Shown here: piece after piece, positions 23,361 through 32,000 of the stretch
Layout: each line of letters begins with the position of its first letter
Numbering within the stretch: position 1 is the first letter of the stretch
Origin: Sedimentisphaera cyanobacteriorum
GTDB lineage: Bacteria > Planctomycetota > Phycisphaerae > Sedimentisphaerales > Sedimentisphaeraceae
Length of the DNA: 32,000 nt
Direction of reading: 5' to 3'
Assembly (NCBI RefSeq): GCF_001997385.1
Contig: NZ_CP019633.1
Span: 390,001 to 422,000 of the forward strand
The notes under the pieces: model-generated
Seen by the model: the letters and a program-made list of their open reading frames with translations, nothing else
Database searches by the model: none
Told to the model about the DNA's origin: nothing
Program-made: the position numbers and the translations under genes

Positions 23361-25003
23361 TTTGTTTTGGATAATTCAGCAGCCATCTCTCTGAGCTTGT
23401 ACTTCTGGATTTTTCCGCTGGCAGTCATTGGAAATTCATCAACAATGAAAATATGTTTTGGTGATTTGTATCTTGCGATTTTGGTTTTTGCGAAATCCCT
23501 GATATCCTCAGGCTTTGCATCTGAGCCTTCTTCAAGAATAACAAATGCCCCAACTTCCTCGCCGTATTTCTCATTTGGGACACCAACCACCTGCACATTG
23601 CGTATGTCAGGCATTGTGTAAAGGAATTCTTCAATCTCTCTGGGGTAGATATTTTCGCCGCCGCGGATAATCATATCCTTAATTCTGCCTGTAATTTTGT
23701 AGTAGCCCTGCTCATCAGCCTCGGCCAGATCGCCGCTGTGCAGCCAGCCGTCTTCGTCTATTGTGCGTGCGGTGGCTTCCGGCATTTTGTAGTAGCCTTT
23801 CATAATGTTGTAGCCTCGGCAGCAGATCTCCCCCTGTTCTCCCGGCCCGAGCTTCTCGCCCGTATCAGGATCGATAATCTTCACCTCAATATGCGGCAGC
23901 TTCGTTCCCACAGTATTAACCCTTCTCTCAATCGGATCGTCTGTGCTGGTTTGCGTAAACACAGGCGAGGCTTCAGTGAGTCCGTATGCGATAGTTATCT
24001 CGTCGCAGTGCATCTTGTTCATAACGCTTTTCATTGTTTCGATAGGGCAGGGCGACCCTGCCATAATCCCCGTCCGCAGGCTTGAAAGATCAAACATATC
24101 AAACATAGGGTGATTCAGCTCTGATATGAACATCGTAGGCACGCCGTAAATGGCGGTGCATTTTTCCTTTTGGACTGCCGCAAGAGCAAGCAGGGGCTCG
24201 AACTGTTCGAGCATCACAAGCGTTCCTCCGTGGGTGAGCGTTGCCATAACACCCAGAACAAGCCCGAAGCAGTGAAAAAGCGGTACAGGCAGGCATACCC
24301 TGTCGACGCTGGTGAGTTTCTGCCTTTCGCCTATGTAGTAGCCGTTGTTGAGTATGTTCGAGTGGGTGAGCATAACGCCCTTAGGAAAGCCTGTTGTCCC
24401 CGAGGTGTACTGCATATTGATCACCTGATCACAATCAAGACTTGCCGCTTTCTCATAAACTTTATCCCAGCTTGTATGCTCGCCGAGAATCATAAGCTCG
24501 CTTGTGTTGTACATCCCGCGATGTTTTTCCTGACCGATATAGATAACGCTTCTCAGCTCGGGGTATTTTTTGCTTTTGAGCTCGCCTCTTTTCTGCGTTT
24601 TCAGCTCGGGCACAAGCTCATAAACAGTCTGCACATAATCAACGTCTCTGAATCCGTCAACAATCGCAAGGGCTTTCATATCAGACTGCTTTAAAACGTA
24701 ATCCAGCTCGAATTTCTTGTACAGAGTGTTCACCGTTACGAGCACAGCCCCTATCTTTGCTGTTGCGAAGAGAAATGTCAGCCAGTCCGGCACATTCCTC
24801 GCCCACACTCCTACATGATCGCCTTTGTCAATTCCGGTATTCAGCAGGCCGGCGGCGAGCCTGTTTACCCTTTCCTCAAACTGCCTGTAAGACCATCTCA
24901 AGCTTCTGTCAGGGTATGTGATAAAGTCTTTATCGGGGCTGCTTTGGGACAGTTCAGATAGAAATCCGCCCAGCGTGTTTCGGGTAAAAAGCTGGTTTGT
25001 CAT
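23357..25003 (-). CDS. AMP-forming acyl-CoA synthetase (FadD/medium-chain ligase-like)
   Basis: ORF track. The AMP-binding signature is [16 protein letters not shown]. Also present are [16 protein letters not shown] and the C-terminal ...SGKIQK. Confidence 0.9.
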   Translation of the reverse strand: MTNQLFTRNTLGGFLSELSQSSPDKDFITYPDRSLRWSYRQFEERVNRLAAGLLNTGIDKGDHVGVWARNVPDWLTFLFATAKIGAVLVTVNTLYKKFELDYVLKQSDMKALAIVDGFRDVDYVQTVYELVPELKTQKRGELKSKKYPELRSVIYIGQEKHRGMYNTSELMILGEHTSWDKVYEKAASLDCDQVINMQYTSGTTGFPKGVMLTHSNILNNGYYIGERQKLTSVDRVCLPVPLFHCFGLVLGVMATLTHGGTLVMLEQFEPLLALAAVQKEKCTAIYGVPTMFISELNHPMFDMFDLSSLRTGIMAGSPCPIETMKSVMNKMHCDEITIAYGLTEASPVFTQTSTDDPIERRVNTVGTKLPHIEVKIIDPDTGEKLGPGEQGEICCRGYNIMKGYYKMPEATARTIDEDGWLHSGDLAEADEQGYYKITGRIKDMIIRGGENIYPREIEEFLYTMPDIRNVQVVGVPNEKYGEEVGAFVILEEGSDAKPEDIRDFAKTKIARYKSPKHIFIVDEFPMTASGKIQKYKLREMAAELSKTK

Positions 25004-25014
25004 AAATTAAAGCC

Positions 25015-25590
25015 TTAAAAAGGAGTGTAAACCACCGCAAGTATTTTGGCGTCTCTGCCCATTGCGTGCACGTTGTGGGGCACTATTGAATCGTAGTATA
25101 TGCTGTCGGATTTGGAGAGGCTGTATTTATGCTTGCCGTAATCGATTTCTATGTCGCCTTCCAGGACATATATAAACTCCTCGCCTTCATGCGAGGAAAG
25201 ACAGCGGTCAACACTGTCTGAATATTTAACGCTGATGATGAAAGGCTCCATGTGGCGGTCTTTCTTCTCTGAGGCAAGGCTTGTAAAGTCCAGCTCGCTT
25301 TCCCTTGCGGCTTTCGAATTTCCGCTGAAACGAACAACCTTCTCGGATTCTTCACCCCTCACTACTGCAGGGCTGAGTCCCGGGTCGTCATCAAGCAGGG
25401 TGCCGAGGCGAACTCCAAGCCCTCGGGCAATTTTGATGAGCGGGGCGAGAGAAGGAGCAAGAGAGCCTTCTTCAAGTTTTTTTATCTGTTCGGTGCTCAG
25501 CCCGCTTTGTTTGGAGAGCTGGGCTATGTCTAATTCTTTCTGCTCTCTCTGCTGTTTAAGTCTTTCCGCAAGTTTATTGTTATCAGCCAT
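25015..25590 (-). CDS. XRE-family HTH transcriptional regulator with a C-terminal cupin domain
   Basis: ORF track. The N-terminal HTH_3 region is LDIAQLSKQSGLSTEQIKKLEEG. The C-terminal cupin has H.GEEFIYVLEG...GDSIYYDS..PH. The stop lies 12 nt upstream of the ligase start. Confidence 0.85.
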   Translation of the reverse strand: MADNNKLAERLKQQREQKELDIAQLSKQSGLSTEQIKKLEEGSLAPSLAPLIKIARGLGVRLGTLLDDDPGLSPAVVRGEESEKVVRFSGNSKAARESELDFTSLASEKKDRHMEPFIISVKYSDSVDRCLSSHEGEEFIYVLEGDIEIDYGKHKYSLSKSDSIYYDSIVPHNVHAMGRDAKILAVVYTPF

Positions 25591-25615
25591 GATAAACCCA
25601 CTAATTGCATATTGG

Positions 25616-25654
25616 CAAAAAACAGGCTTTGATACCGCAAAGGGTTTCAGAGCC
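25616..25654 (-). terminator. Rho-independent terminator of ilvE
   Basis: The minus strand reads GGCTCTGAAA...TATCAAAGCC (imperfect ~8-bp stem, 25654-25625) followed by TGTTTTTTG. Confidence 0.5.
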
Positions 25655-25662
25655 TGAAATGT

Positions 25663-26520
25663 TTATTCGTTTACGCAGTTGTAAAACCTTTTTCTAAGGT
25701 CTTTAGTGATAGCCCCGGGCTTGCCGTCTCCGATAGTCCGGCCGTCAATCTTCACAACGCCAATTACCTCAGCAGCCGTTCCGGTGAGGAACATTTCATC
25801 TGATGAGTAGAGGTCGAATCTTGTGAGATTTTTTTCTGCTGTTTTATACCCTGCCTGAGCAGCAAGCTCGAGAACTACCTGTCTGGTTATTCCGTTCAGT
25901 GAGCCCGCCTGAACAGGGGGAGTGCAGACTATGTCATCTTTTACGATAAAAACATTATCTCCCGTGGCTTCTGCTACGTACCCCTGACTGTTGTACATTA
26001 TCGCTTCGAGAACATCATTATCTATCGCTTCAATTTTGGCGAGTATGTTATTGAGATAATTTAAGCTCTTAACCTGAGGAGGCACGCATTGAGAAGGGTT
26101 TCTCATATATGACGAGCTTACTACAGCAAGCCCGTTTTCATAAAGCTCTTCGGGGTATAGCTGGATATTTGCAGCAATAATAAATACCGTCGGCTTTGGG
26201 CAGTGAAACGGGTTCAGCCCAAGTGTTCCAGCACCTCTGGAGGCTACAAGGCGGATATAGCCGTCGGTAACTCCATTGGCTTCAACTGTCTTGTGCATAG
26301 CATCTATCATTTCCTCTTTGCTCATTTTGATATCGAGTCTGATATACTTTGCACAGTTGTAGAGCCTGTCTATATGCTGCTTTTCGCGGAATATTTTTCC
26401 GCTGTAAACACGTATGCCCTCAAATACACCGTCTCCGTAAAGAAGGCCGTGGTCTAATACAGATACCTTGGCATTCTCCTGGTCAACAAGCGAGCCGTTG
26501 AGCCAAATCTTTTGAGCCAT
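25663..26520 (-). CDS. ilvE: Branched-chain amino acid aminotransferase (class IV)
   Basis: ORF track. The N-terminus is IWLNGSLVDQENAKVSVLDHGLLYGDGVFEGIRVY. Also present are ...RLVASRGAG.LG and LNGITR. Confidence 0.9.
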   Translation of the reverse strand: MAQKIWLNGSLVDQENAKVSVLDHGLLYGDGVFEGIRVYSGKIFREKQHIDRLYNCAKYIRLDIKMSKEEMIDAMHKTVEANGVTDGYIRLVASRGAGTLGLNPFHCPKPTVFIIAANIQLYPEELYENGLAVVSSSYMRNPSQCVPPQVKSLNYLNNILAKIEAIDNDVLEAIMYNSQGYVAEATGDNVFIVKDDIVCTPPVQAGSLNGITRQVVLELAAQAGYKTAEKNLTRFDLYSSDEMFLTGTAAEVIGVVKIDGRTIGDGKPGAITKDLRKRFYNCVNE

Positions 26521-26706
26521 AAAAATCTCCGGTCTTTGAAAAATGCTTAGTAGGGATATACGCCGGCGTTCTGAAATCGATGAAAATCAAAGCCAGATAG
26601 CTGCCGCTGTAAACGAACATTTAAGAATAACTGCCAGTGCTTTTTTGTCAATCTATTTCATAGCGATTTTCCGGCAAAATCGCCCATTTAATGTGTCTCA
26701 AGAATA

Positions 26707-26731
26707 CAAAAGGGGGCATTAAGCCCCCCTT
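26707..26731 (-). terminator. Rho-independent terminator at the end of the hydrogenase gene string
   Basis: GGGGGC-attaa-GCCCCC (26712-26728), followed on the minus strand by TTTTGTATTCT. It lies 27 nt after the stop at 26758. Confidence 0.6.
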
Positions 26732-26757
26732 GAATTTGTTAGTTAAATTGGAGGATA

Positions 26758-27243
26758 TTATCCTGCTGCCTTTGCATTTTCTCTGTATGCCTTGATTATC
26801 TCTACTGTTTTCTCAGGCGTGAGGTCGCCGTAAATTTCATCGTCGATCATCATTACTGGTGCCAGCCCGCAAGCTCCAACGCAGCGAGCTTCCTGAAGCG
26901 TAAACAGCATATCATCTGTTGTTCCGCCCACTTCAACGCCAAGCTCTTTCTTGAGCGTATCAAGCACAACATTAGCTCCCTTCACATAGCATGCAGTTCC
27001 CATACATACTGCCACATTATGCTTGCCCTTCTCCGAAAGATTGAAGAAGCTGTAGAATGTGGCAACGCCCCAAATATGAGCGGTAGGGATATTCATCTGC
27101 TGAGAGATGATATTCATTGATTCCAGCGTCAGGTATCCATAGAGCTTCTGCGCCTTGTGCAAAACTGCAATCAGATAAGATTCGAAGTGCGGCTTATCTC
27201 TAAGGCTGTCTATATACTGCTTTAATTCTGTATAGTCGGGCAT
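26758..27243 (-). CDS. hydC: NuoE/HydC-like thioredoxin-fold [2Fe-2S] subunit
   Basis: ORF track. An AGGAG SD is present. The cluster motif is CMGTACYVKG...CVGACGLAPVMMID. Confidence 0.85.
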   Translation of the reverse strand: MPDYTELKQYIDSLRDKPHFESYLIAVLHKAQKLYGYLTLESMNIISQQMNIPTAHIWGVATFYSFFNLSEKGKHNVAVCMGTACYVKGANVVLDTLKKELGVEVGGTTDDMLFTLQEARCVGACGLAPVMMIDDEIYGDLTPEKTVEIIKAYRENAKAAG

Positions 27244-27285
27244 ATCCTGTATTCTCCTATTTCTTTATTAACGAAACACTAATTA

Positions 27286-28779
27286 CTAAAAATAAATATC
27301 TCTTTCACCGTTCAGCGTTCGCTGATAATTGCTCATAAACTGCTGATAAACCTTTTCAGGGCTTTTTTCTTTGATTTCCTGGATCTCTTTCTGGATAACC
27401 TTTTCGCCGAGCTGCTTTGTCCTCTCGCTGGCGAAATCATCAAGCCATTCACGGAAGGTGATCACTGCATTAAGCTTGCAGAACTTGCCTTCTTCACCGG
27501 ATTTGAGCAGGTTCATAATGCACTTGCCTGTACGACCGCAGCGATAGCCTGCTGTGCAGAACGAGGTGATCATTCCCTTCTCTGCGTAGTCGCCTATCAT
27601 CTTATCAAGGCTTCTGGTATCTCCGAGGACGAACTGCTGCCTCATTTCTTCCTGCGTTGATTCTGCAAGCTCTGCGTAGCCGCCGATGCCTATCTGAGAT
27701 GAGGCGTCTGTCTGAGTGCATCCGTAGCTGAGGCACTTATCCTTAAACTCTGAATCTTCCCTGCACGTAATGATAAGCCCTGTATGGGGCACAGCTAACC
27801 TCACTACTGTTACCAGCCTCTCGAAATCTTCATTGCTCACGCCTTTGCACTGAGATACGTAAGGCGTGTTTACTGCCGGCTCGATTCGAGGGAACGAGAT
27901 TGTATGAGGGCCTATGCCGAATTTGTCTTCCAGCTCAATTGAGTGGTACAAAAGCCCCATCACTTCAAACTTCCAATTCTCGTAAAGACCGAAAAGCGCT
28001 CCGATTCCAACATCATCAACCCCCGCCTCGAGAGCCCTGTGCATACAGTAAAGCCTCCAGCGGTAGTTGCCTTTTATTGTGTTGGGTGGATGAACATTGG
28101 CATAAGTAGGCTTGTGGTATGTCTCCTGAAATACCTGATAAGTGCCTATGCCAACGTCTCTGAGGTATTTGAGCTCATCAATCTGGATAGGAGCCATATT
28201 TACGTTCACACGCCTGATCGATCCGTAGCCGTTTTTCGTGGGCATCTTCGCGCTGTAAACAGTGTTGATTGTATCAGCCACATAATTAACGTCTGTACTG
28301 GGGTGTTCGCCGTAAACAACGATAAGCCTTTTATGACCAATCCTGCCTGCAAGAACTTCCGCCTCCTTTTTAACCTCTTCCATAGAAAGCGCTCTGCGGG
28401 AGGACTTTTCGTTATCTGTTCTGAAGCCGCAGTAGGCGCAGTTGTTCACGCAGAGATTAGCCATATAAAGCGGAGCGAAGGTAACGATTCTGTTATCGTA
28501 AACCTTCTTCTTTACCTTCAGAGCAGCTTCCTGCATTTCAGCAAGCATATCAGGGTTTGTAACGTTGAGAAGCTCTGCAGTTTCCTGCGGAGTCAGATTC
28601 TCTACGTTAAGGCTTTTGGCGATTATCTCGCGCACCCTTGCAGGGTCAGGCTCTTTTCCCTCAGCGCCGGCGAGTACAGATTCAATCTCTTCGGTATTGA
28701 TAAAGTCTTCCCCGCCGTCGAGGTACTTATCTATTTCATCCTGCTTGATTCTGTTTTCTATCCAGCTTTTTGTGTCCAT
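27286..28779 (-). CDS. hydG: Radical-SAM [FeFe]-hydrogenase maturase HydG (tyrosine lyase) with a variant C-terminal Cys motif
   Basis: ORF track. FAPLYMANLCVNNCAYCGF carries the CX3CX2C radical-SAM site. The length and N-terminal region are HydG-like. The C-terminus reads SFCTAGYRCGRTGKCIM...FCKLNA. Confidence 0.75.
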   Translation of the reverse strand: MDTKSWIENRIKQDEIDKYLDGGEDFINTEEIESVLAGAEGKEPDPARVREIIAKSLNVENLTPQETAELLNVTNPDMLAEMQEAALKVKKKVYDNRIVTFAPLYMANLCVNNCAYCGFRTDNEKSSRRALSMEEVKKEAEVLAGRIGHKRLIVVYGEHPSTDVNYVADTINTVYSAKMPTKNGYGSIRRVNVNMAPIQIDELKYLRDVGIGTYQVFQETYHKPTYANVHPPNTIKGNYRWRLYCMHRALEAGVDDVGIGALFGLYENWKFEVMGLLYHSIELEDKFGIGPHTISFPRIEPAVNTPYVSQCKGVSNEDFERLVTVVRLAVPHTGLIITCREDSEFKDKCLSYGCTQTDASSQIGIGGYAELAESTQEEMRQQFVLGDTRSLDKMIGDYAEKGMITSFCTAGYRCGRTGKCIMNLLKSGEEGKFCKLNAVITFREWLDDFASERTKQLGEKVIQKEIQEIKEKSPEKVYQQFMSNYQRTLNGERDIYF

Positions 28780-28798
28780 CTTGAAACTTCTTTCTTAT

Positions 28799-28823
28799 GC
28801 AGGCCGGACTGTCTCCGGCCTGC
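28799..28823 (-). promoter_or_regulatory. Perfect 10-bp GC-rich intercistronic stem-loop between hydA and hydG
   Basis: GCAGGCCGGA-ctgtc-TCCGGCCTGC. No T-tract follows on the minus strand. It lies in the 60-nt gap between the hydA stop (28840) and the hydG start (28779). Confidence 0.6.
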
Positions 28824-28839
28824 TCTTAGTCTTATTTCC

Positions 28840-30615
28840 CTAACATTTAGAGGGCAGTTCGGTTGGAATCACTCCCTTAGGCTCCTTCGGCTTGTAATGC
28901 GTGTGAAGGTATTTATGTGAAATCTCTCCGAGAGGTTCGCCGAGATATTGTTCATAGAGCTTTTTGATGTCGGGGTTATCATGGCTTACCCTTATATCGT
29001 TTGAATCATCGCTGCTGTATAGAGCGGAAGCTCTCTTTGCAAGGCATTCTTCGTCGAGCGGGATGCTGTTTGTAAGCGGATAGGGCTGTCCGCCTCCGCC
29101 GATACATCCGCCCGGGCAGGCCATTATTTCAATAAAGTGGTATCTGTCGGGGTGTTCTTTGGCTTCTTTGAGAAGCTTTTCGGCATTTCCAAGCCCGTGA
29201 GCCGCAGCTACGCGAACTTCCATATCGCCTACCATTACAGAGCCCTTCTTAATGCCCTTCATTCCTCTAACCGCTTCTACATTTACCTCACCGAGCTCTT
29301 CGCCTGTAATCATATAGTGAGCGGTTCTTATAGCAGCTTCCATAACACCGCCTGTGGCTCCGAAAATCACACCTGCACCTGAATATGCGCTGAGCGGATT
29401 ATCCGGCTTCTCAGGTTCGATATCTACGAAGTTTATACCTGCACTTTTAATCATCCATGCAAGCTCTCTTGTTGTCAGCACTTCATCGGTTGATTTGATG
29501 CCGTCAACATCGAGCTCAGGTCTTGAAGCCTCGAATTTCTTGGCAGTGCAGGGCATAATCCCTACATTCACAATGTCTTCGTTTTTAAGACCTAAGCTCT
29601 CTGCAAAGTAAGATTTTATCACTGCACCTGCCATACTCATCGGAGATTTGCATGTTGAGAGATGGTCGAGAAGCTCGGGGTAGAATTGTTCTACAAACTT
29701 CATCCAGCCGCTTGAGCAGGAGGTGAGCATTGGCAGTGTACCCCCGTTCTTGATTCGGTGAACAAGCTCGCTTGCCTCTTCCATAATCGTAAGGTCTGCT
29801 GCGAAGTTTGTATCGAAAACGTAGTCAAACCCAAGCTTGCGGAGAGCCGCAAAAATCTGGCCTTCCATATCAGTTCCCGGTTCAAGACCGAAGGCTTCGC
29901 CGATAGAGGCCCTCACAGATGGAGCCACGTTCACTGTTTTTACTTTGGTTTTATCGCCCAGAAGTTCGAAAACGTCCTGACAGCTGTTGTTCTCAAGGAA
30001 AGCAGCGGTGGGGCAGATATTAACGCACTGCCCGCAGGCTGCGCAAACGCTCTCGCTCATCGGCATATCAAAAGCCGGCATTACAACTGTCTTAAACCCT
30101 CTGTTGGCAAGGCCGAGATTAGTTACTTCCTGTATCTCTGAGCACATCCTTACGCATCTGCCGCAGAGAATACATTTGTTGGGATTCCGAACCACTGAGA
30201 TAGAGGAATAGTCCTCGTTGTATTCTTTTCTCTCGCCTTCGAAATGCCTTTTCTGAATGCCGACAGATGAGGAAAGCCTCTGGAGCTCGCATATACCGTC
30301 TCTCTCGCAGGTATGGCAGTCCTGCGGGTGATTATCGAGGATAAGCTCAACGATATCCCGCCTTGCCCGCCTTACCTCGGGGGTGTTGGTATATATCTTC
30401 ATTCCGTCTCTAACCGGCGTAGCACAGGAGGCCGAGAAGTTTCTCGCACCTTCCACCTGCACAATACAAACCCTGCATGCCCCTTCGATTGAGAGCTTGG
30501 GGTGATAGCAGAGTCTCGGTATTTTGTAGCCGAGTTTGTCTGCGGCCTGCATAATCGTCTGGCCGGGTTCCACTTTATATTCTATGTCGTCTATGTGTAT
30601 GGTTATTAAATCCAT
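28840..30615 (-). CDS. hydA: [FeFe]-hydrogenase catalytic subunit HydA (M3-type: 2Fe-2S, His-ligated 4Fe-4S and 2x4Fe-4S domains plus the H-domain)
   Basis: ORF track. The N-terminus is ...PRLCYH...EGACRVCIV. Other motifs are HP.DC.TCE..G.C.LQ, CILCGRCVRMC and CAACGQCVNICP. H-cluster motifs MPCTAKKFE and EIMACPGGCIGGGGQP are canonical. Motif 1 reads TSCSSGW. Confidence 0.9.
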   Translation of the reverse strand: MDLITIHIDDIEYKVEPGQTIMQAADKLGYKIPRLCYHPKLSIEGACRVCIVQVEGARNFSASCATPVRDGMKIYTNTPEVRRARRDIVELILDNHPQDCHTCERDGICELQRLSSSVGIQKRHFEGERKEYNEDYSSISVVRNPNKCILCGRCVRMCSEIQEVTNLGLANRGFKTVVMPAFDMPMSESVCAACGQCVNICPTAAFLENNSCQDVFELLGDKTKVKTVNVAPSVRASIGEAFGLEPGTDMEGQIFAALRKLGFDYVFDTNFAADLTIMEEASELVHRIKNGGTLPMLTSCSSGWMKFVEQFYPELLDHLSTCKSPMSMAGAVIKSYFAESLGLKNEDIVNVGIMPCTAKKFEASRPELDVDGIKSTDEVLTTRELAWMIKSAGINFVDIEPEKPDNPLSAYSGAGVIFGATGGVMEAAIRTAHYMITGEELGEVNVEAVRGMKGIKKGSVMVGDMEVRVAAAHGLGNAEKLLKEAKEHPDRYHFIEIMACPGGCIGGGGQPYPLTNSIPLDEECLAKRASALYSSDDSNDIRVSHDNPDIKKLYEQYLGEPLGEISHKYLHTHYKPKEPKGVIPTELPSKC

Positions 30616-30620
30616 TTGTC

Positions 30621-32000
30621 TTATCCTCTGTCAACTGCACCGAATTTACAAACTTCGTAACATTGTCCGCACTTAATGCATTTTTCCTGATCGATAACGT
30701 GCTTGCCTTTTTTCTCGCCGCTGATTGCATCAACAGGGCAGGCCTTTTTGCAGGCACCGCAGCCCACGCAATTGTCGTTAATGCTGTATCCGAGAAGCGC
30801 GCTGCAGACGCCCGCACGGCATTTCTTCTCTTCAATATGTTCCACATACTCATCCCTGAAGTTTTTGATCGTGCTGAGCACAGGATTCGGGGCAGACTGC
30901 CCGAGCCCGCACAGCGAAGACTTCTGGATCATTGTTCCGAGTCTTTCGAGCTTCTCGATATCGCCAGGGCGGCCTTTGCCCTCAGTGATTCGTGTGAGAA
31001 TCTCGAGCATTCGCTTTGTCCCTTCACGGCAGGGCGTGCACTTTCCGCAGGATTCATCCTGAGTGAATTCGAGGAAAAACTTCGCCACATCCACCATGCA
31101 GGATGTCTCGTCCATTACGATCATACCTCCGGAGCCCATAATAGAACCCGCTGCTGCGAGGGAGTCGTAGTCGATTTTTGTTTCCAGATAGCTTGCCGGA
31201 AGGCAGCCGCCTGAAGGACCGCCGGTCTGAACGGCTTTGAATTCTTTCCCGTCCGGTATTCCGCCGCCTATATCATAAACCATCTCTCTGAGCGTTGTTC
31301 CCATCGGAACTTCAACGAGCCCTGTATTGTAAACTCTTCCAGCAAGAGCGAACACCTTAGTTCCCTTGCTCTTTTCCGTTCCAACTGTGGAAAACCAGTC
31401 TGTCCCGTCGAGCATTAAAGCAGGTATGTTAGACCACGTCTCAACATTGTTGATAAGTGTTGGCTTGCCGAACAAGCCGGACTCGGACGGGTAAGGAGGT
31501 CTCGGCTTGGGCATACCTCTGCGTCCTTCAATTGAATGGATAAGGGCGGTTTCCTCGCCGCATACGAAAGCTCCAGCACCGAGTCTGAGCTCTACATCGA
31601 ATGAAAATCCGGAACCGAGGATGTTTTCCCCGAGAAGCCCCTTTTCTTTTGCCTGCCCGATTGCAATTTCGAGCCTCTTAATAGCAAGCGGGTATTCAGC
31701 ACGGATATAGATGATCCCGTTTGTGGCTCCGATTGCGTATGCGCCTATAAGCATACCCTCAAGCACTGAATGCGGATCGCCTTCGATAGTGCTTCTGTCC
31801 ATAAATGCTCCGGGGTCGCCTTCGTCAGCGTTGCATATAACGTACATCTCCTCGTCTTGGAATTTAGCGGTGATATCCCATTTAAGACCTGTAGGGAAAC
31901 CTGCGCCGCCTCTGCCGCGAAGACCGGATTCTTTAACTTTTTCAATAACATTTGCGGCTTTATGGTTTTTAAGCACATCTGCAAGTGCTTCATATCCTCG
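30621..32000 (-). CDS. hydB: NuoF-like flavoprotein subunit (HydB/HndC-type) with a C-terminal 2x[4Fe-4S] domain; the 5' end lies beyond the right edge
   Basis: ORF track (to 31976, from an internal GTG). The frame stays open to 32000 ([13 protein letters not shown]...). The FMN/NADH site is [16 protein letters not shown], the N3 cluster site is [11 protein letters not shown], and the C-terminus has [12 protein letters not shown] and [11 protein letters not shown]. Confidence 0.9.
   Translation of the reverse strand, partial: RGYEALADVLKNHKAANVIEKVKESGLRGRGGAGFPTGLKWDITAKFQDEEMYVICNADEGDPGAFMDRSTIEGDPHSVLEGMLIGAYAIGATNGIIYIRAEYPLAIKRLEIAIGQAKEKGLLGENILGSGFSFDVELRLGAGAFVCGEETALIHSIEGRRGMPKPRPPYPSESGLFGKPTLINNVETWSNIPALMLDGTDWFSTVGTEKSKGTKVFALAGRVYNTGLVEVPMGTTLREMVYDIGGGIPDGKEFKAVQTGGPSGGCLPASYLETKIDYDSLAAAGSIMGSGGMIVMDETSCMVDVAKFFLEFTQDESCGKCTPCREGTKRMLEILTRITEGKGRPGDIEKLERLGTMIQKSSLCGLGQSAPNPVLSTIKNFRDEYVEHIEEKKCRAGVCSALLGYSINDNCVGCGACKKACPVDAISGEKKGKHVIDQEKCIKCGQCYEVCKFGAVDRG

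Noticed and set aside
27943-28920. A 325-aa plus-strand ORF opposite hydG, and similar long antisense ORFs opposite the ligase (24170-24694), the regulator (25151-25657) and hydB (30663-31214).
   Set aside because: Each lies opposite a gene with unambiguous catalytic motifs. None carries recognisable motifs or a start context.
31745-31993. An 82-aa minus-strand ORF, and the apparent start of hydB at 31976.
   Set aside because: The hydB frame is open to the window edge and reads a NuoF-like sequence upstream of the GTG. The 82-aa ORF is an out-of-frame overlap.

Overview
This 32 kb chromosomal window most likely comes from an anaerobic, polysaccharide-degrading bacterium. It carries PVC-superphylum hallmarks: a prepilin-type H-X9-DG pseudopilin, a Tat-signal Cys-type sulfatase, a GH2 glycosidase and an [FeFe]-hydrogenase. 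The taxon is inference only. From about 7.5 kb rightwards the content is largely recognisable. It holds a ycjX-ycjF pair, a GH2 enzyme, and a four-gene envelope lipoprotein operon (COG3014-like, YcfL-like, LpoB-like, and a 769-aa internally duplicated CsgG-like protein). Next come cmoB, a His-rich membrane protein, an FmdB-type zinc ribbon, a 2x[4Fe-4S] ferredoxin, tRNA-Ser(UGA), the pseudopilin and the sulfatase. These are followed by an acyl-CoA synthetase with an XRE-cupin regulator, ilvE, and a hydB-hydA-hydG-nuoE-like hydrogenase cluster that runs off the right edge. The left ~7 kb is a visibly AT-richer, mosaic accessory segment wedged between an ECF-transporter T gene and an ECF-type ATPase gene. 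In it, two IS630-like transposase 3' remnants share a 50-bp near-identical core and bracket a two-gene cassette: a 1018-aa secreted beta-helix protein with a C-terminal caspase-like His/Cys domain, plus a lipoprotein. Beyond that lies a small-ORF plus DEDDh-exonuclease/BRCT operon whose near-consensus promoter is preceded by a ~200-bp array of 21-bp repeats. Four candidates could be something undescribed: (i) the repeat-array/operator-controlled small-ORF + exonuclease-BRCT module; (ii) the beta-helix/caspase-like protein + lipoprotein cassette; (iii) the lipoprotein operon with the duplicated CsgG-like protein; (iv) co-occurring non-canonical cysteine motifs in HydA (TSCSSGW) and HydG (CX5C in place of CX2C). 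No similarity searches or composition statistics were run. All family calls rest on motifs read by eye.
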